Shown here piece by piece: positions 1-12,434 of a stretch of DNA of 64,000 nucleotides. The stretch's first letter is position 1; the number at the start of each line of letters is the position of its first letter. Source of the DNA: Flectonema sp. DT1601. Its lineage: Eukaryota. Both the position numbers and the translations under genes were made by a program. The notes under the pieces were generated by a model. That model searched no databases, was not told where the DNA came from, and saw only the letters and a program-made list of their open reading frames with translations. The stretch lies in NCBI GenBank assembly GCA_964019425.1, contig OZ025788.1, forward strand, positions 620,001 through 684,000. The letters are read 5' to 3'.

Positions 1-2
1 AG

Positions 3-602
3 AATGGTTGGGTTGAAGTTCACGGAAAGTTCCGTCATTCTGAGTCTAGAATGAAGCAAATCGAACCATTGAAATATATTTGGGTACTAAAAAATCCAAA
101 ACCTTCTCATTCATGTTACGTAACGAGTAATTTAATTAATGAAGTAGGCTTCTCTTTTAGATGTGCTACAATGTTTCATTCTGATGAGTCGTTTGAATTT
201 GAGCTGATCTCAGAGAAGGGTACTGTACCTCCATTCTTTTTAGCATATGCGTGTGTATCAAACAACGACTGTTCGTTGAATGCTAAAATCCACACGCAGT
301 TTACAACGGCTGATAGTGTTGTTGCCAATAGCATCCCACAAAGAACTTCACTACCTCTTCCCCGTCGTAGTGTTGGAAGGAATCAAAGTTTTCAGGTTAG
401 CCCTAGAAGTCGGCCTTCGGTTTCGATTCGAACAGGGCAGATGAATCCTTTATTACTCCGATCTTCTATTATTGGAATTACGGCTAACCCGAGAAGGAGG
501 TCGTCAATGATTAAATTAAGAGAACGATGGAGTGGACCAGTCAGCATAACAGTCGAATTTGATGACTCACAAGAAATTGATATGTACATACCTCTTAGAT
601 GA
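3..602 (+). CDS. Probable 3' end of a hypothetical protein gene truncated by the window edge
   Basis: Frame open from nt 3 to the stop at 602, same strand as the cluster; no recognisable domain. Confidence 0.35.
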   Translation, partial: NGWVEVHGKFRHSESRMKQIEPLKYIWVLKNPKPSHSCYVTSNLINEVGFSFRCATMFHSDESFEFELISEKGTVPPFFLAYACVSNNDCSLNAKIHTQFTTADSVVANSIPQRTSLPLPRRSVGRNQSFQVSPRSRPSVSIRTGQMNPLLLRSSIIGITANPRRRSSMIKLRERWSGPVSITVEFDDSQEIDMYIPLR

Positions 603-735
603 ATTGTCATCTTCTATACTTCTCTGTGCAATCAATCCGTTGACGGGACGTCGGTTCGTTACAAATATATTTTCACTCCGTCATTTCCATGTCGTGAGTT
701 GTGCTCAAAACTGATATTTAAATTGGTTTCAATTA

Positions 736-2497
736 CTGTAATTATAAATATCACGGTGTATAAAAAATTTGGAGTATAACAACTTTGGATATAAAAAAGA
801 TGGTGGATTCTCGGAAAAAAAACTTGGTGGATTTTTATAAAAAAGTATGAAAGTACACATTTTGACTGTAAAATGGTAGTTTTTGGGGATGAAATTTTTC
901 ACACTATGCGGAATTTTTTGAAAAAACGGGATCCTTTTGAACCCCTGAAGACGTCGGTAAGCAAGGTGGAGCTGGGTTTGATAAAGAAAGAGGAGCGGGT
1001 AAAGGAGCACAAAAGTCTCGCTGCTATGAGAAGTGGTCAAGGGGGGAGTGGCTTAACATCGGTGAGATGGTGAACTCTGCCACCAATGTGTCAAGGGCGA
1101 TTGCATACTTCAACACGGACCATAAGAAGAAATCAACAGTGCAGGCAGGGCAATGAAGCTCTTTGTTGAGGAACAAAAGAGGAAGACAAAGGGAGAACCA
1201 CTAGAAGGGCAGGTGAAATCTGGGAGACCAACCATCTTAACCACTGATGAGGAAGCGGGTGCTCGATTTAATTGAGAATATCCGTGCCTATGGTGGCTCT
1301 GTGTTTGCTTCTCTTCTCTGGTTTCAAGCACAGGTGATACGCCGGAACGCGTGGATTCCGGTTACCTACAAGCAACATGGACCTACAAGTTCCTGGAACG
1401 GAAGGGTTGGATACCGTCTTGGAACCACTGCGAAAGTAGCGCCTGAAGCAGAACTCCTATCAGCTCGGTCAAGGTTTCTGGAGCAATAGTCCCATACTTT
1501 ATTAAGAAACGCTCCAATCGGATCTAAACTAACTAAAAAACACTCCAATCGGATCACCCTGGCCTCGCAGTATATGCCCAGTTTAGGGGGCAGATAACTG
1601 AAGAAGTCCTTCGTCGATTTGAAGAAGCCAATACCACGGTTATACTGGTGCAAGGCGGATGGACTTCTCATCTCCGGCCGCTGGATCTAACTGTCATGGC
1701 CAACTTCAAAGAAGCATCAAGCTTTCTTGGTGAGTGGATGACAGAGCAGATGCGCAAGCGGGAGGAAAAGTTGAAAAAATCAAAGCAAAAAGCTGATAGA
1801 AACTTTAAAGCGCGCTGCGAAAGGGAAGGGTCCAAAGGGAGCTCCTGAATCCGAACCCATGTCAAAATGGATGAAGGAGCTCACAAAAACGAAGTCGCAA
1901 ATTGGGTAGATAGTGACAGCCCTTGATAGTATTACGAAAAATACTATCATGGCTGGTTTTATAAAAGCAGGTATTGTCAATCCTGCAAATCCACCCGAGC
2001 TCCTGAAGTCTGTAGTTGTGAACATGAGTTCATGTTTCTTAATACCGCACCTCATACCTCGGTGTATTACAACGATTGGAGAAGAACTCCTTAGTTGTAG
2101 TTGGCCTCGTCTAGACTACTACTTGCTGCTTTTAGGAATTTTGACATCATTCATTAAGACTGGTGTGCAACCAGCTACCAACAACGTTATTTGTGGATAT
2201 GTTGTCCTGATATGTATCTGGAAGCAACTTCAACATTAGTTATCAATCCCCCACCAGGTTGGTACACAAGACCAGCCTGTAGAACTTTAACCAGTTCAAA
2301 ATGTCGATAATTTAGTACCAAAGTCAAAAGAAAAAGGTCAAAAAAAAAAAATTTTTTTTTTCTGGAATCCGAATTTTGCTAAGTGTTTTCTGTGAATGAT
2401 TGTACTAAAAAAACTTTGGATATAATAAAGATGGTGGATTTGGCCATTTTTTGCTGATTTGGAGACTTTTTATACACCATGATATTTATAATTACGG
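736..2497 (+). mobile_element. Decayed Tc1/mariner-superfamily (pogo-like, DDE_1) DNA transposon
   Basis: 31-bp TIRs: ctgtaattataaatatcacggtgtataaaaa (736-766) versus the reverse complement of 2467-2497 (2 mismatches). TA on both sides (734-735, 2498-2499). Internal broken ORFs carry DDE_1 motifs GGWTSHLRPLDLTVMANFK (1648-) and LDSITKNTIMAGFIKAGI (1913-). Subterminal direct repeat actttggatata(a/t)aaagatggtggatt at ~782 and ~2412. Confidence 0.85.
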
Positions 2498-2688
2498 TAT
2501 TTTCTTTTTAGACACCTGCTTTGGACGCCTTTACATAAAATAACATTGGAAGTCTGCCACATTTTTATTTGAAATGCGGGGAGACTCAGGCAAATGCGAA
2601 AAAAAAGATATTTTCGTAGTCTCGTTGACTTCTTTTGAACTAATAAATAGAAGAAGATATTTATTATTATTCCCCTCAGCAATTTATC

Positions 2689-3630
2689 ATGTTGTCTCGA
2701 TTCAAACTCGTGTCGGTTGTGGCTGCGATGATATGCATCGGGCTCACTTCAGCCGGAAGATTACCGGCCAAGACTCTCGGAATGTATTGTCTGATTGCTG
2801 ATGATGCTGTTACCAATTACACTGGAGATGCTGATTGGCAGCCGAAGTTGTATCCTTACCAAGAGAAGGGCGCGAATGTTATTTGGATGACGTTTGTTAA
2901 TCCGGAGACGATGCCGGCAATACCACCTGCGATGAAGAGATTAGCAGCTTGCAAAGGAGAAGAGGGATGTCCAGGTAAAGATGTTCCAACAATTGTATCT
3001 GTTGGAGGGGAATCCTATTCACTAAAACCTTGGTCATGGTTGTCTACTAATGAACAAGCTGAACACATGGCAAAACAAGTCGCCTCTCAATGGCCTTCAT
3101 CAATTGACGGCATCGATCTTGACATCGAAGGAGTTGCTGGAAACGCTTCCTCCTCAACACTCTTAACATTCACAAAGAAACTCCGCCAACTGAAACCAAA
3201 CTTCATTATAACCCAACCAGTGTATGGATATCCTCAAATAAAAGCTGAGAACTACATGGTTAATACAGCATGGACAAGCGGTAAATCATTAAACACAATA
3301 GACAGTGTTGGCATTATGGTCTACAAAGACTTAGAGTCTGATAAGTGTGTTAAGAACTACGCTAATGCAACTCATCAGCAAAAAGGATTTCCCATCACAG
3401 TTGATGTTCCAACTGAAGCGATTGCAGTTGGAATTCAGGGCACAGCTGAGGACAGCGCAATTATGAGCATCTCTAGTTCAGCAAAGCAACAGGCTCTGGG
3501 AGGTGTAATGGTTTGGTATGCTTCTGTTTTTGATGCCACACGCAATAGGCCAGCATTCGTATACGGAAACAACGACGCATCGAAAGCCAAATCTTCGGTT
3601 TGGGAAAAAGCTCTTAAGAACTTGTCTTAA
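2689..3630 (+). CDS. Secreted GH18 chitinase-like glycoside hydrolase
   Basis: N-terminal signal peptide; SVGG substrate motif; catalytic DGIDLDIE (DxxDxDxE); C-terminal GGVMVW. Confidence 0.85.
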   Translation: MLSRFKLVSVVAAMICIGLTSAGRLPAKTLGMYCLIADDAVTNYTGDADWQPKLYPYQEKGANVIWMTFVNPETMPAIPPAMKRLAACKGEEGCPGKDVPTIVSVGGESYSLKPWSWLSTNEQAEHMAKQVASQWPSSIDGIDLDIEGVAGNASSSTLLTFTKKLRQLKPNFIITQPVYGYPQIKAENYMVNTAWTSGKSLNTIDSVGIMVYKDLESDKCVKNYANATHQQKGFPITVDVPTEAIAVGIQGTAEDSAIMSISSSAKQQALGGVMVWYASVFDATRNRPAFVYGNNDASKAKSSVWEKALKNLS

Positions 3631-3943
3631 ATTAAGTACTTGTGAAACTACTCTCCCTTCTATAACTTTTATGTTTTTAATAGAAGTAATCGTAACGTGT
3701 GTTTTGCGATCTATCTTTATGACCCTCTGGCATGATGATAGTTTCTTCTTGTTTGATTTTATTCCAACTGCTTATTGTAGTTTGTTTGTATCCCTTACGT
3801 TCTAATATTATCCCGTGTGCAGGGATTAGTAAGGATGCGTTCTCTTCCTAAACATTGGAATCTGTATTGAAAATTATTCTACAGTATTGATATCTCTCTC
3901 TTTGTGGGAATCTAATAACACCTTCTTGTGCTTCAGCAAAACA

Positions 3944-4335
3944 ATGATTTGCAGATTTTTGTGAAGTGCACAGATTTGGAATTGCCGCAGTGTCAGTCAC
4001 GGCTGGTGTTGATTCCCTTGTGAGTGTGCAATCTGACGGCGGCTGGGCGGGATGTCGATCCAGAAGAAGTTGAACTCTCGTTCGCTGGTGAACCCTTTGC
4101 GAACCGTGGAGTGAGTGCGGACAGCGGGTTGGAGATATGGAGCAGCAGTTTTGTACACGGAAACCTTCTCCACTTCGGCCTTCAATGTTCTCCATTGAAT
4201 ATTCGCTACTACAACCAAGATCTGTACTCATCCACGCTCCAGAAAGGCTCACGCCAATTTAAAACGGGAGAAGCTGCTTCGTTGGCCCAGAAACCACAGA
4301 AGAATCTATATACCTGGACACCCCAGCATTCATAA
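3944..4335 (+). pseudogene. Degenerate ubiquitin-like-domain gene
   Basis: Frame from 3949 reads LQIFVKC...IPL*VCNLTAAGRDVDPEEVELSFAGEPF...ADSGL (Ubl-like). It has an in-frame stop, and the ATG at 3944 is out of frame. Confidence 0.4.
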
Positions 4336-4861
4336 GAATGGTTACTCAGTGTTAAGTAGTTTACTGCCTTCAGATGCCAAACCGATTTGTTTCCGCAATT
4401 CAACTTTAACCATCGCAGCCATCTCACAAGTTATCACATAGAAGATGTCTTGTTTACTACTTACATATCACTCTCTTTACCTTTAGGTCTTAGTAATGTA
4501 ACCTCTGTTGGAGATAATCTTGTATTCTTGTTCACAAATCACTGCTCTTGACCATTGATTCATTCTTCTAAAGTGTGTAATCTATACCCACAAGGTTTTA
4601 GTACTTTTGTATTGTTAGAAGAGTTTATTTATGGAATTGTTCGTTCGCTTTCCAAGCGGTGGAATATTTTATACTGTAGTCACTAGTGGTATTGTGTTGG
4701 TGAACTCAGCCCCCATTATCTGTTGAATAACAGACACAGTCACACTCCTGATTCAATAGAACAATTTGAGCTGTTACTATGGAAGCAGTTTATCTTCATT
4801 GATTCATATGAGAATTCTTATTATCCTTTCTTCACTCATAGAAAAACTACACTCACACAAG

Positions 4862-7219
4862 ATGGCTGTTTCATTGAAAGTTACAATCGTGGTTGTTGTT
4901 GTGGTGTTGCTGATGTTAACTGTTGCAGGAATATGGGTCCCGAGTGCAGTACTCGCAACAAACTCGCTGGTTGACGCTCGTCGGGATCAAATGAAGGCCA
5001 ATACAAAAACAGTTGGAAACCGAGTGTTGGATTACTTTCAGGTAGCCAGTCGCATGTCGAATGGAATAGCAGCTGCGTGGAATTTCAGTGCGGCAGCCAA
5101 TCCTGCAGCACCTGATGAACATTTTGTTGAAAACTACGCCAAGGGTATATGGCTACAAATTAATCGTCCACAACTGTCTTCTTTACTTCTCGTACGTGCG
5201 CACAACGTGACAACCGCATGTTGGAAAGCAGGAGTGATTATGTCATCAACATACATGGTAAATATTGGACCTAAATATTTTTATACTCCTGGAGCTAACT
5301 GTTCTGACACATCACCGAATCCGGTACCTTGTCAACCAGATAAGCTAAGAATCAACTTAGTTGCTGGTACAAAAGGTACTGATAACCCTTTGGAAATCGT
5401 AAAACTTCTCGGTTACATTCCTTGCCCACCTCTTCCTAATTTTTATAAAGGATTTCATCTTACACACGGAGACCCTACTATTCCTGATTCTGGAATTACT
5501 GTACCTGCGTGGAAGCCTCCAGTGATTGTTGGAGCACCACCTCATCAGGTGTTTTATAAACAAGTTCACTTTCCAATTTTAGCAGATGATAAGTATCCAC
5601 TATCAGGTGCTGGTATGTTGGGAACTCGTGTTGGTGAATCATCAATTGGTGGAGCTGGTCAAGTTACACTTCAAGAACTTTTAGTTGGAGCTGCGGCAAT
5701 TACTGAAATTGATGATATTTTATTCTTAGTAACAGCTCAAGGTGAACTTGCAGCATCGAGTAATCCAAATCAGAGTGTTGAAGTTAAGACTGCTGGTGAA
5801 GCTCCGAGTCTTGTCCGACTAACTCGCGCTGATAACGAGTCGATGGTGTTGGAACCAGTTCTCGGTATATCAAAACAGCTCATCGGAAGATTCTGTAACG
5901 GTGACACCTGTGAGCTGACAGGTTCAGCAGACAAAGTCGAAGCTTTCGGAGATTACCAAGTTACCTACGCCTCGATCGAAGATACTTACGCGATAAAATT
6001 AGATTTACTCTTAGTGATGGCTGTCAAACAATCAGACATCGTGAAACCAGCCAAGAAGCTGAATACCCTAATCGCGATTGCTAGTTGCAGTGTTTTGGTA
6101 TTATTTGCTGCCCTCGCGGTAGTGCTTGGGTTCTTTATCGCAACTCCTGTCATCAAATTCACAGAAAAGATTCATTTGAGTTCTATGATGGATCTTGATG
6201 GGATCGATCTGAAGTCGAACTCATCAATGTCTGAGATCCAATGGATGAATGAGTCCTTGATAGTACTCGTTGAGCATTTAGTTTTATATAAATCGTTCTT
6301 GCCATCAATGCTTCTTGAAAAGGATGAAGAAGAAAGTAGTGCAGAAGAAGCGAGTTTATCACACATCAACACCGGATCACGTAGTGGTATGACAAGTCAT
6401 GCTTCATCAACAGTGAACACAATGACTAGAAGGAAAGTCTTGCCAGCTTCGGCAAAACGTAAGATTGGTGCTGTGCTGACAACTAATATCAGGAAATGGT
6501 CCCAGGGAGTCCTGACTAAAAGTCCTGAAAATTTAGAAAATTCGCAAATGGAATTCGTTTCTGTTCTCAGTCATCTCTCTGCTGGTGGAGGAACCCTCGA
6601 CTACGTTAATGGAGATCGTTGTACGATATCATTCTTGAAGAGTTCAAAGGGAGGTATCACAGCTGCTTGCAGAAACTCTTTAAGACTCAGAGTTGACTCA
6701 GCTTCTCGCATTGAAGGATTAGTTATCGGTATTGCACAGGGAGCATTAATAGTCGGAGTCATGGGTGTCGCAAGCTACCGATCAATGCAAGTCTGCGGAT
6801 TTGCAGTCACTGCAGCCAGTCGTATTGTCGAGTACTCCAGTAAAAGAGAAGAGAAAATGTTAATTGTCGTAGATGAAGCCACAGTTACATCATATGAATG
6901 CTGGGCTGTAATGACTGGATTAGTTAGATTAAGAGTAGGGGGTATTATTGGAGTCATGGATTTAATTAAAATTGCTGAAGAAAGTGCAGAATGGTTATAC
7001 GATTCTCAATCAAAGAGAGAAACCGACGCAATTGCTGCATACAATGAGCTGTTCAAGCAGTTTAAACTTGTTTCTCCAGACACTGATTATGATAAGTTTG
7101 TGGAATTCAAGTCAGCTACTGACGACTTACTAAATCTCCAAATTGATATCCCATGCAGAGACTACATCAAGAGACTTATTTCATCAACGAAAGAGTTTAC
7201 AAAGGCGGTACTTGATTAG
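4862..7219 (+). CDS. Receptor-type class III nucleotide cyclase-like protein (2 TM, extracellular domain, HAMP-like linker, degenerate cyclase domain)
   Basis: TM1 at the N-terminus, TM2 LIAIASCSVLVLFAALAVVLGFFIA, linker YKSFLP. Cyclase-like VLTTNIRKW, GGTLDYVNGDRCTISF and IGIAQGALIVGVMG...VCGFAVTAASRI. ATG 4862 follows a pyrimidine-rich AG. Confidence 0.75.
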   Translation: MAVSLKVTIVVVVVVLLMLTVAGIWVPSAVLATNSLVDARRDQMKANTKTVGNRVLDYFQVASRMSNGIAAAWNFSAAANPAAPDEHFVENYAKGIWLQINRPQLSSLLLVRAHNVTTACWKAGVIMSSTYMVNIGPKYFYTPGANCSDTSPNPVPCQPDKLRINLVAGTKGTDNPLEIVKLLGYIPCPPLPNFYKGFHLTHGDPTIPDSGITVPAWKPPVIVGAPPHQVFYKQVHFPILADDKYPLSGAGMLGTRVGESSIGGAGQVTLQELLVGAAAITEIDDILFLVTAQGELAASSNPNQSVEVKTAGEAPSLVRLTRADNESMVLEPVLGISKQLIGRFCNGDTCELTGSADKVEAFGDYQVTYASIEDTYAIKLDLLLVMAVKQSDIVKPAKKLNTLIAIASCSVLVLFAALAVVLGFFIATPVIKFTEKIHLSSMMDLDGIDLKSNSSMSEIQWMNESLIVLVEHLVLYKSFLPSMLLEKDEEESSAEEASLSHINTGSRSGMTSHASSTVNTMTRRKVLPASAKRKIGAVLTTNIRKWSQGVLTKSPENLENSQMEFVSVLSHLSAGGGTLDYVNGDRCTISFLKSSKGGITAACRNSLRLRVDSASRIEGLVIGIAQGALIVGVMGVASYRSMQVCGFAVTAASRIVEYSSKREEKMLIVVDEATVTSYECWAVMTGLVRLRVGGIIGVMDLIKIAEESAEWLYDSQSKRETDAIAAYNELFKQFKLVSPDTDYDKFVEFKSATDDLLNLQIDIPCRDYIKRLISSTKEFTKAVLD

Positions 7220-7719
7220 GGTTTTCAACTGGTTGCAGAGTTGTGCGAGTTTTGCGTTTTTTTTTTTTTTTTTTTCCCCCCTTGAGCTTAAGAATGCAGT
7301 ATCAAATTACCCCCTGCCTACTTTATATGTGCGAGTCTCCCTAGTTTCTAATTGCAAAAGAATAGAAAAAAAAAAGAAGAAAAAAATCTTTCCCCTCTTT
7401 TCCTCAAAAAAAAAAAATCAACTTTACTCTTTCCATGTCATATCTATCGACATCGACCCACAAGAAAATAAGTAAATACTTAACAATCTTTCAATGGTCG
7501 TAGAGGGTCGTTTTTGCAGAAGAGTGTTCACTCGTTCGTTAACTCTTTATTTTGCAACCTATGTGGTGAAAATTTCTTCTGCGCGCAAGTAACCTTCCTA
7601 AATATGAATTACCCGCAACCACTTCCCTTATCAGATTTCTTTTCTTTATTTAATAAGAAAGTCCACGCAAAAAATGCATTTTTTTGTTTTTTTTGCTGCC
7701 GATTTTTTTCGCCCTAAGG

Positions 7720-7752
<33 letters not shown>

Positions 7753-8323
7753 TATCATAGAGCCTGGTATTGAAACAGAGTTGGTGCATCCTGATTCCCA
7801 TGCCTATTTTTTAAGCGCGATGTGACTGTACAAAAAAAAAAAGACGTATTGCACAACCAATATTTATGCAGTTGTAATGTGAAATTTTGGAGCTGTTACT
7901 TCCTACGAGATATAGCTTCTCTTTTAGAGAATATGGTTCTCCCTTTTTTTTCTCTCTCCTTTTGTTTTTCTTTTTTTGTTTTGCGTTGTCACATATTATT
8001 TTATCTGTTTTTTTTATCATTATAATTTATTATTAATTTTTTTTTTAAATTTGTAATTCTTTTTAAAAAAAAAAAGCAAACTAAATCTTTTTTTGAGATA
8101 TATTTTTCAGGTTTATTTCTATTCTATCCATATTCTGGGAAAATTTCTATTTTCTATTCAAGCACACAAAAAGTTTTATTAACTGCTAAATCAGCTACTA
8201 GACGTCAAAAAATGATTTCACCCATTTTCCCTGCTGCTACCTGTCTATGCAAAACCCTTCTTACTATTCCAAGAACAAGTGTGTAATATTGAAAACTAGA
8301 ATGGGAGGAGGGGGGGAAAAAAT

Positions 8324-8365
<42 letters not shown>

Positions 8366-11269
8366 GTACCTACAAACCCATTCGGTAGAAAGAGAATTGT
8401 GGCAGCGTAACTAACCTATTCCTTTATTAGGATTTTCTACCGGTTGCGCACAAACAAAATAAAAGTGTGAGTGAGTAAGTAAAAAAGTGAAGTTTGCAGA
8501 TTCTTTTTTTTTTTTTTTTTTTTTTTTTTTTATTGTTGTCGTTGCTCATACTAATCCACGACGTATCGTTGGTGTTGTTTCTTTACTTCAACAAAGGTTT
8601 TGTCTTCTGCACAGGAGGTATTGCTCTCTTCCCCCTGTTTCTGATGCCAAACGTGTGATGTGTTTTATATCAGAAACAACAAGAATGACTTAAACAGTAA
8701 TCTTCAACTGAACATGTTATGATAGATTACAATGTTTGAGCTTTTCTTGAAGAGTGTTGTAAAATGTAGAGTACTGCTTTGAGAGGGCTTTATTCGTAAT
8801 TCTCAACTAATCTGATCTGAAAGAGAACCCGACCAGGTAGATCTCAACAGTCTTAGGTAAACTGGACAAGTTTATCAAGTTTGTGTGAGGATCTTCCCAG
8901 GTGTGATGCTGTGAGCTAAAAGAGTACTTTGCACATAAATAAATGTCATACTTGTTGTGATATATAAAGTACTTCCGAAAGGTGCATTTTCTTTTTAATT
9001 TTTCTTCAATTTCTTGATCTGAAACACCACCAAATGGGAAATACCATTTCCCAAAGTTAACATCAAGCATAGTTGAAACTACGAATTCTACGGTGTAAAA
9101 TGAAACAGCAGAACAATGTTTTTTTTTTTATTTAAAAAAAAATTTTGTTTTATATCTTTGATTTAATGCACTGTTTTTTTTATAACGAAAACTTTTTTCT
9201 CTTTTCTACAAGTATAAGTTCCCTTGTTTTTTTTGGCATTTCAACATCGTTAACAAATGAATCTCAGTTGGTCACTCTTTCGAGTTGGCTGGTAGGCTGT
9301 CTTATAGTACTCGCGTATCAGAGGTAGGGCAGCGTACAATTACGTTTCTAAGATTTTTTTATTTTTTTTATATTTTGCGAAGTATTTTATCTATCACAAC
9401 TCTAACAGGGTGTACTACTGCGACATTCATATTTGTTTGTTACTGCAATCTAAAATGAATTTTAAAGCATTTTTAGCTTTAGGTCGGTTTTATTTGTATT
9501 TATTGTCTTTAAGAAGTATTATCAATGCGGAGATTATCACCCGTGCCTCTTACCGACTTAAATGGTATTGAATGTTGCAGTGGTGTTTTCTTGCTTGGCA
9601 TGTATGTGCAGTCGACTTCCCTTTTATGTTCTTGCTATGATGATTATTTTTTTATTTTTTTTTTTTTTGCTATTATTATCTCAAAAAACCCCCTTGAATT
9701 CTTTCCAAATTTCAATTATCCAAAAAAAAAAAAAGTGAAAATATGAAAAAAAAAAAAAAAAAATATTAAATTATAATAATAATAACTTCGATCTGCGTGT
9801 GAGGTGTAAACCTACAAATACAGTCATTCAGATTGATCTCTGCCTGCAAGGCGAAAACATAGCCAAAGTCACAGTTCTTCTGATTTGTTTTTTTTTTTCC
9901 CCTCGTATTTTCATCCTTTTTTTTCTATGCATCTACGATCTATTTACCAGTGGATTGTTTCTTATTCGTCTATTTCTTTTTGTTAGTCAAAGTTAAAAGA
10001 GCAGTTTACTTTATTTGTTAGTGGGTTGATGATATCGATGGTCCCCATTTTTATTCTTTCTTGCGGATTACTTACCATCCAAGATATACCCGAATTGAGT
10101 TGAGCGGTAAGATGTCTCTATTCGTGGGCTGAAGAACCCTAACTGTTAGTGTGCTGGCTCAGTGGCTGTAGATGCGAATTGAAAAAAAAAAAAAAAAAAA
10201 AAAAGGGTTTAGTTTCAAATGAGAACTATATTAAGATAAAACAGAGAAAAAAAAAAAAAAAAAAAAAAAATGCTTAAAACAATTGTGATTTAAAAAAAAC
10301 TGATTCCTTTTGTTTAATAGCTGTTGTTTAATTCAGCAATCTGAAAAGTAATCTTATCAATCTACCCCAACCCTTCTCCCAACTTTGTGCGTGGTGAAGT
10401 GAATGCGCATTACCTATTCGTCTACTACCCAACTGTATGATTATTTACAGGGTTATCTCTCCCTACCTTGAGGGTTTGACCAGATTAGTTCCCTTCAGGA
10501 AGTTTTGATTATCATGAGCTATGGATGAAACCAGCAGCACAGTTCATGTTGCCGTTGACAGCTGAGGAGCCAGCTCAAAATCAATTTACCCCCCACCTAT
10601 GATTTTCGATTTTCCTTGCGATGGCAGTACGAAGATTCTTGTTCTTTTTCCCGACTCTCGATCTTTCCCAAAAAAAAACACCTCCCGACGTACTTAAATG
10701 TTAATTAGGGGTAAATAGGAGTCTGTAAAAACATTTGATTTTTATTTCGTCAATCTTCTTTTAAACTTCTTTGCGAGAGTGACCATACTATTTACCTGTT
10801 TTGGGAAGTGGTCAAGGACGAGTTATTTTTCAAAACTTTTTTCCTGTTTTTGGTCCAACGCTTTGACAATTAAAGAAGTCTCTAAGATATCAACAAAATC
10901 AACAAACAAAAAAAACAACAAAAAAAAAGTTTCAGATTTCTAATGAATTGCCTGGTGTTTTCATTAGCTGAAGCTAATTCAACAATCCACTACAGACTGA
11001 GTCCTCTGTTGCTGTGCGTACTCAGCAACGTTGGTTTACTCTTCTGAAATTACTACTCCAAATAAAACTGGTGTCTTCCCTGGATTGAGATTGTGTCCCA
11101 TCTTGGATCAATTTTTTTTTATTACATCTACCTGCTACACATCTACTCCCCCTCCCATAGCCGTGCAAAATATTATAGCAAGAGGGTAGTCGAGTTGTTT
11201 CTTTTTTTTTTTTTACGTCTGTTATTTTTCTTACTAGGCTAGCCTTCCGTTGAAACAAGGAACTCAAAA

Positions 11270-11890
11270 ATGCGTCAGAAACCGCAACGTGAACATATGG
11301 AGTTCGAAGAAGTACCCTTGTCATGGAACACTACAGATACTAAGAAACGAAAGGAAATTGTAAGCGGAAGAGATGTCATAGCGAGGCTTAGATATGGAGG
11401 AAAATATCGATTGATGTACGTGGGTGGTGTTGGGTTGTCATGTTTCTTACTAGTAGTTGGAGCAATAACTAACGAGTTAGAAAGCACCTGGTACCTAACA
11501 CTAGAGGCAATGTTAACTTGTTTATTTGTAATGGAAGTTATGGTTCAAATATGGCTAACGGGTGTCGGTACTTATTTCTCACAATCTCCAAGTAATGTAT
11601 TTGAATTCAGTCTTTGTGTTGCTTGTTGTGCGATATTCGGTCTCAGTGTTAGTAAAAGAGTCGTACGTTACGAATTCGAGGTAGTCCTACTATCAGTCAG
11701 GTACATAACACAATTAGGTAGACTGTACTTTATGTTGAAGACTCAACGAGCACCACTGTCTCAACGAAAGATTGAAATCCACGAGTATGATAACCCTGGT
11801 ATCACTAGATCTGCTCCACTCGATGACAGATCACCTGCTTTATGGACGAGTGATGAATTCACCAACGACTTATTCAATGAAGTCGTTTAG
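11270..11890 (+). CDS. Stand-alone voltage-sensor-like (S1-S4, Ion_trans-like) membrane protein
   Basis: Four hydrophobic helices. S2 has E...LFVMEV, S3 is preceded by YF..PSNVFE, S4-like LLSVRYITQLGRLYFMLK. No pore domain. Confidence 0.6.
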   Translation: MRQKPQREHMEFEEVPLSWNTTDTKKRKEIVSGRDVIARLRYGGKYRLMYVGGVGLSCFLLVVGAITNELESTWYLTLEAMLTCLFVMEVMVQIWLTGVGTYFSQSPSNVFEFSLCVACCAIFGLSVSKRVVRYEFEVVLLSVRYITQLGRLYFMLKTQRAPLSQRKIEIHEYDNPGITRSAPLDDRSPALWTSDEFTNDLFNEVV

Positions 11891-12206
11891 TTTTATCATC
11901 ACAATAATCGTATTGTTGTCTCATAAACTACTTGCTTGCGTGAAAGCTGACGGAATCTATTTTGCTAATTCCCTTTCATTGTCCCAGTCCTATATAGTCT
12001 ATAATGCTTTATAAGACTTCTACTTGTATTCATAGTGAGCCATCTCTCACACTGTGTGAATCGGTATCTTAGATAATTAGGAGTGTAGTCTCGATACCAG
12101 ATATCGCAATGTGAAAGCTTTCCAGTGTGATTGGCTACTCATTTTATTTGATGTGAATGAAGGTTCAGACTCTTCTAGCTGAACTGAAGTGATTAGGAAA
12201 GATAAA

Positions 12207-12434
12207 TTAAGTGATGGCGATGAATGCCGTCGTCGTCATTGTGGCCGCTGTCCTCTCACGTGTATTTACCGTCGGTAGGATACCAGTGGGTGATACACAC
12301 ATAGTGACCCAACCAGCATTGATATCGTCATCTGAAAGAACGAAGTTATTTTTAAGTAGGTTTCTCGAAAATTCCAAGAGTCTCCTCTCACTCTTGCTGA
12401 AGGTCAGAAATGTACAACTTAAGCAAACCCCGCC
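12207..12434 (-). pseudogene. 2Fe-2S ferredoxin-like C-terminal fragment (exon or pseudogene)
   Basis: GGVCLSC...NFVLSDDDINAGWVTMCVS resembles ferredoxin GxCxxC...FLDDEQIEAGWVLTCVA. Preceded by a ctaat...catcag acceptor-like site; first Cys and N-terminal half not found. Confidence 0.45.

Noticed and set aside
7240..10300. Many short Phe/Lys-rich ORFs
   Set aside because: They arise from poly(T)/poly(A) tracts in intergenic or UTR sequence; no coding signature.
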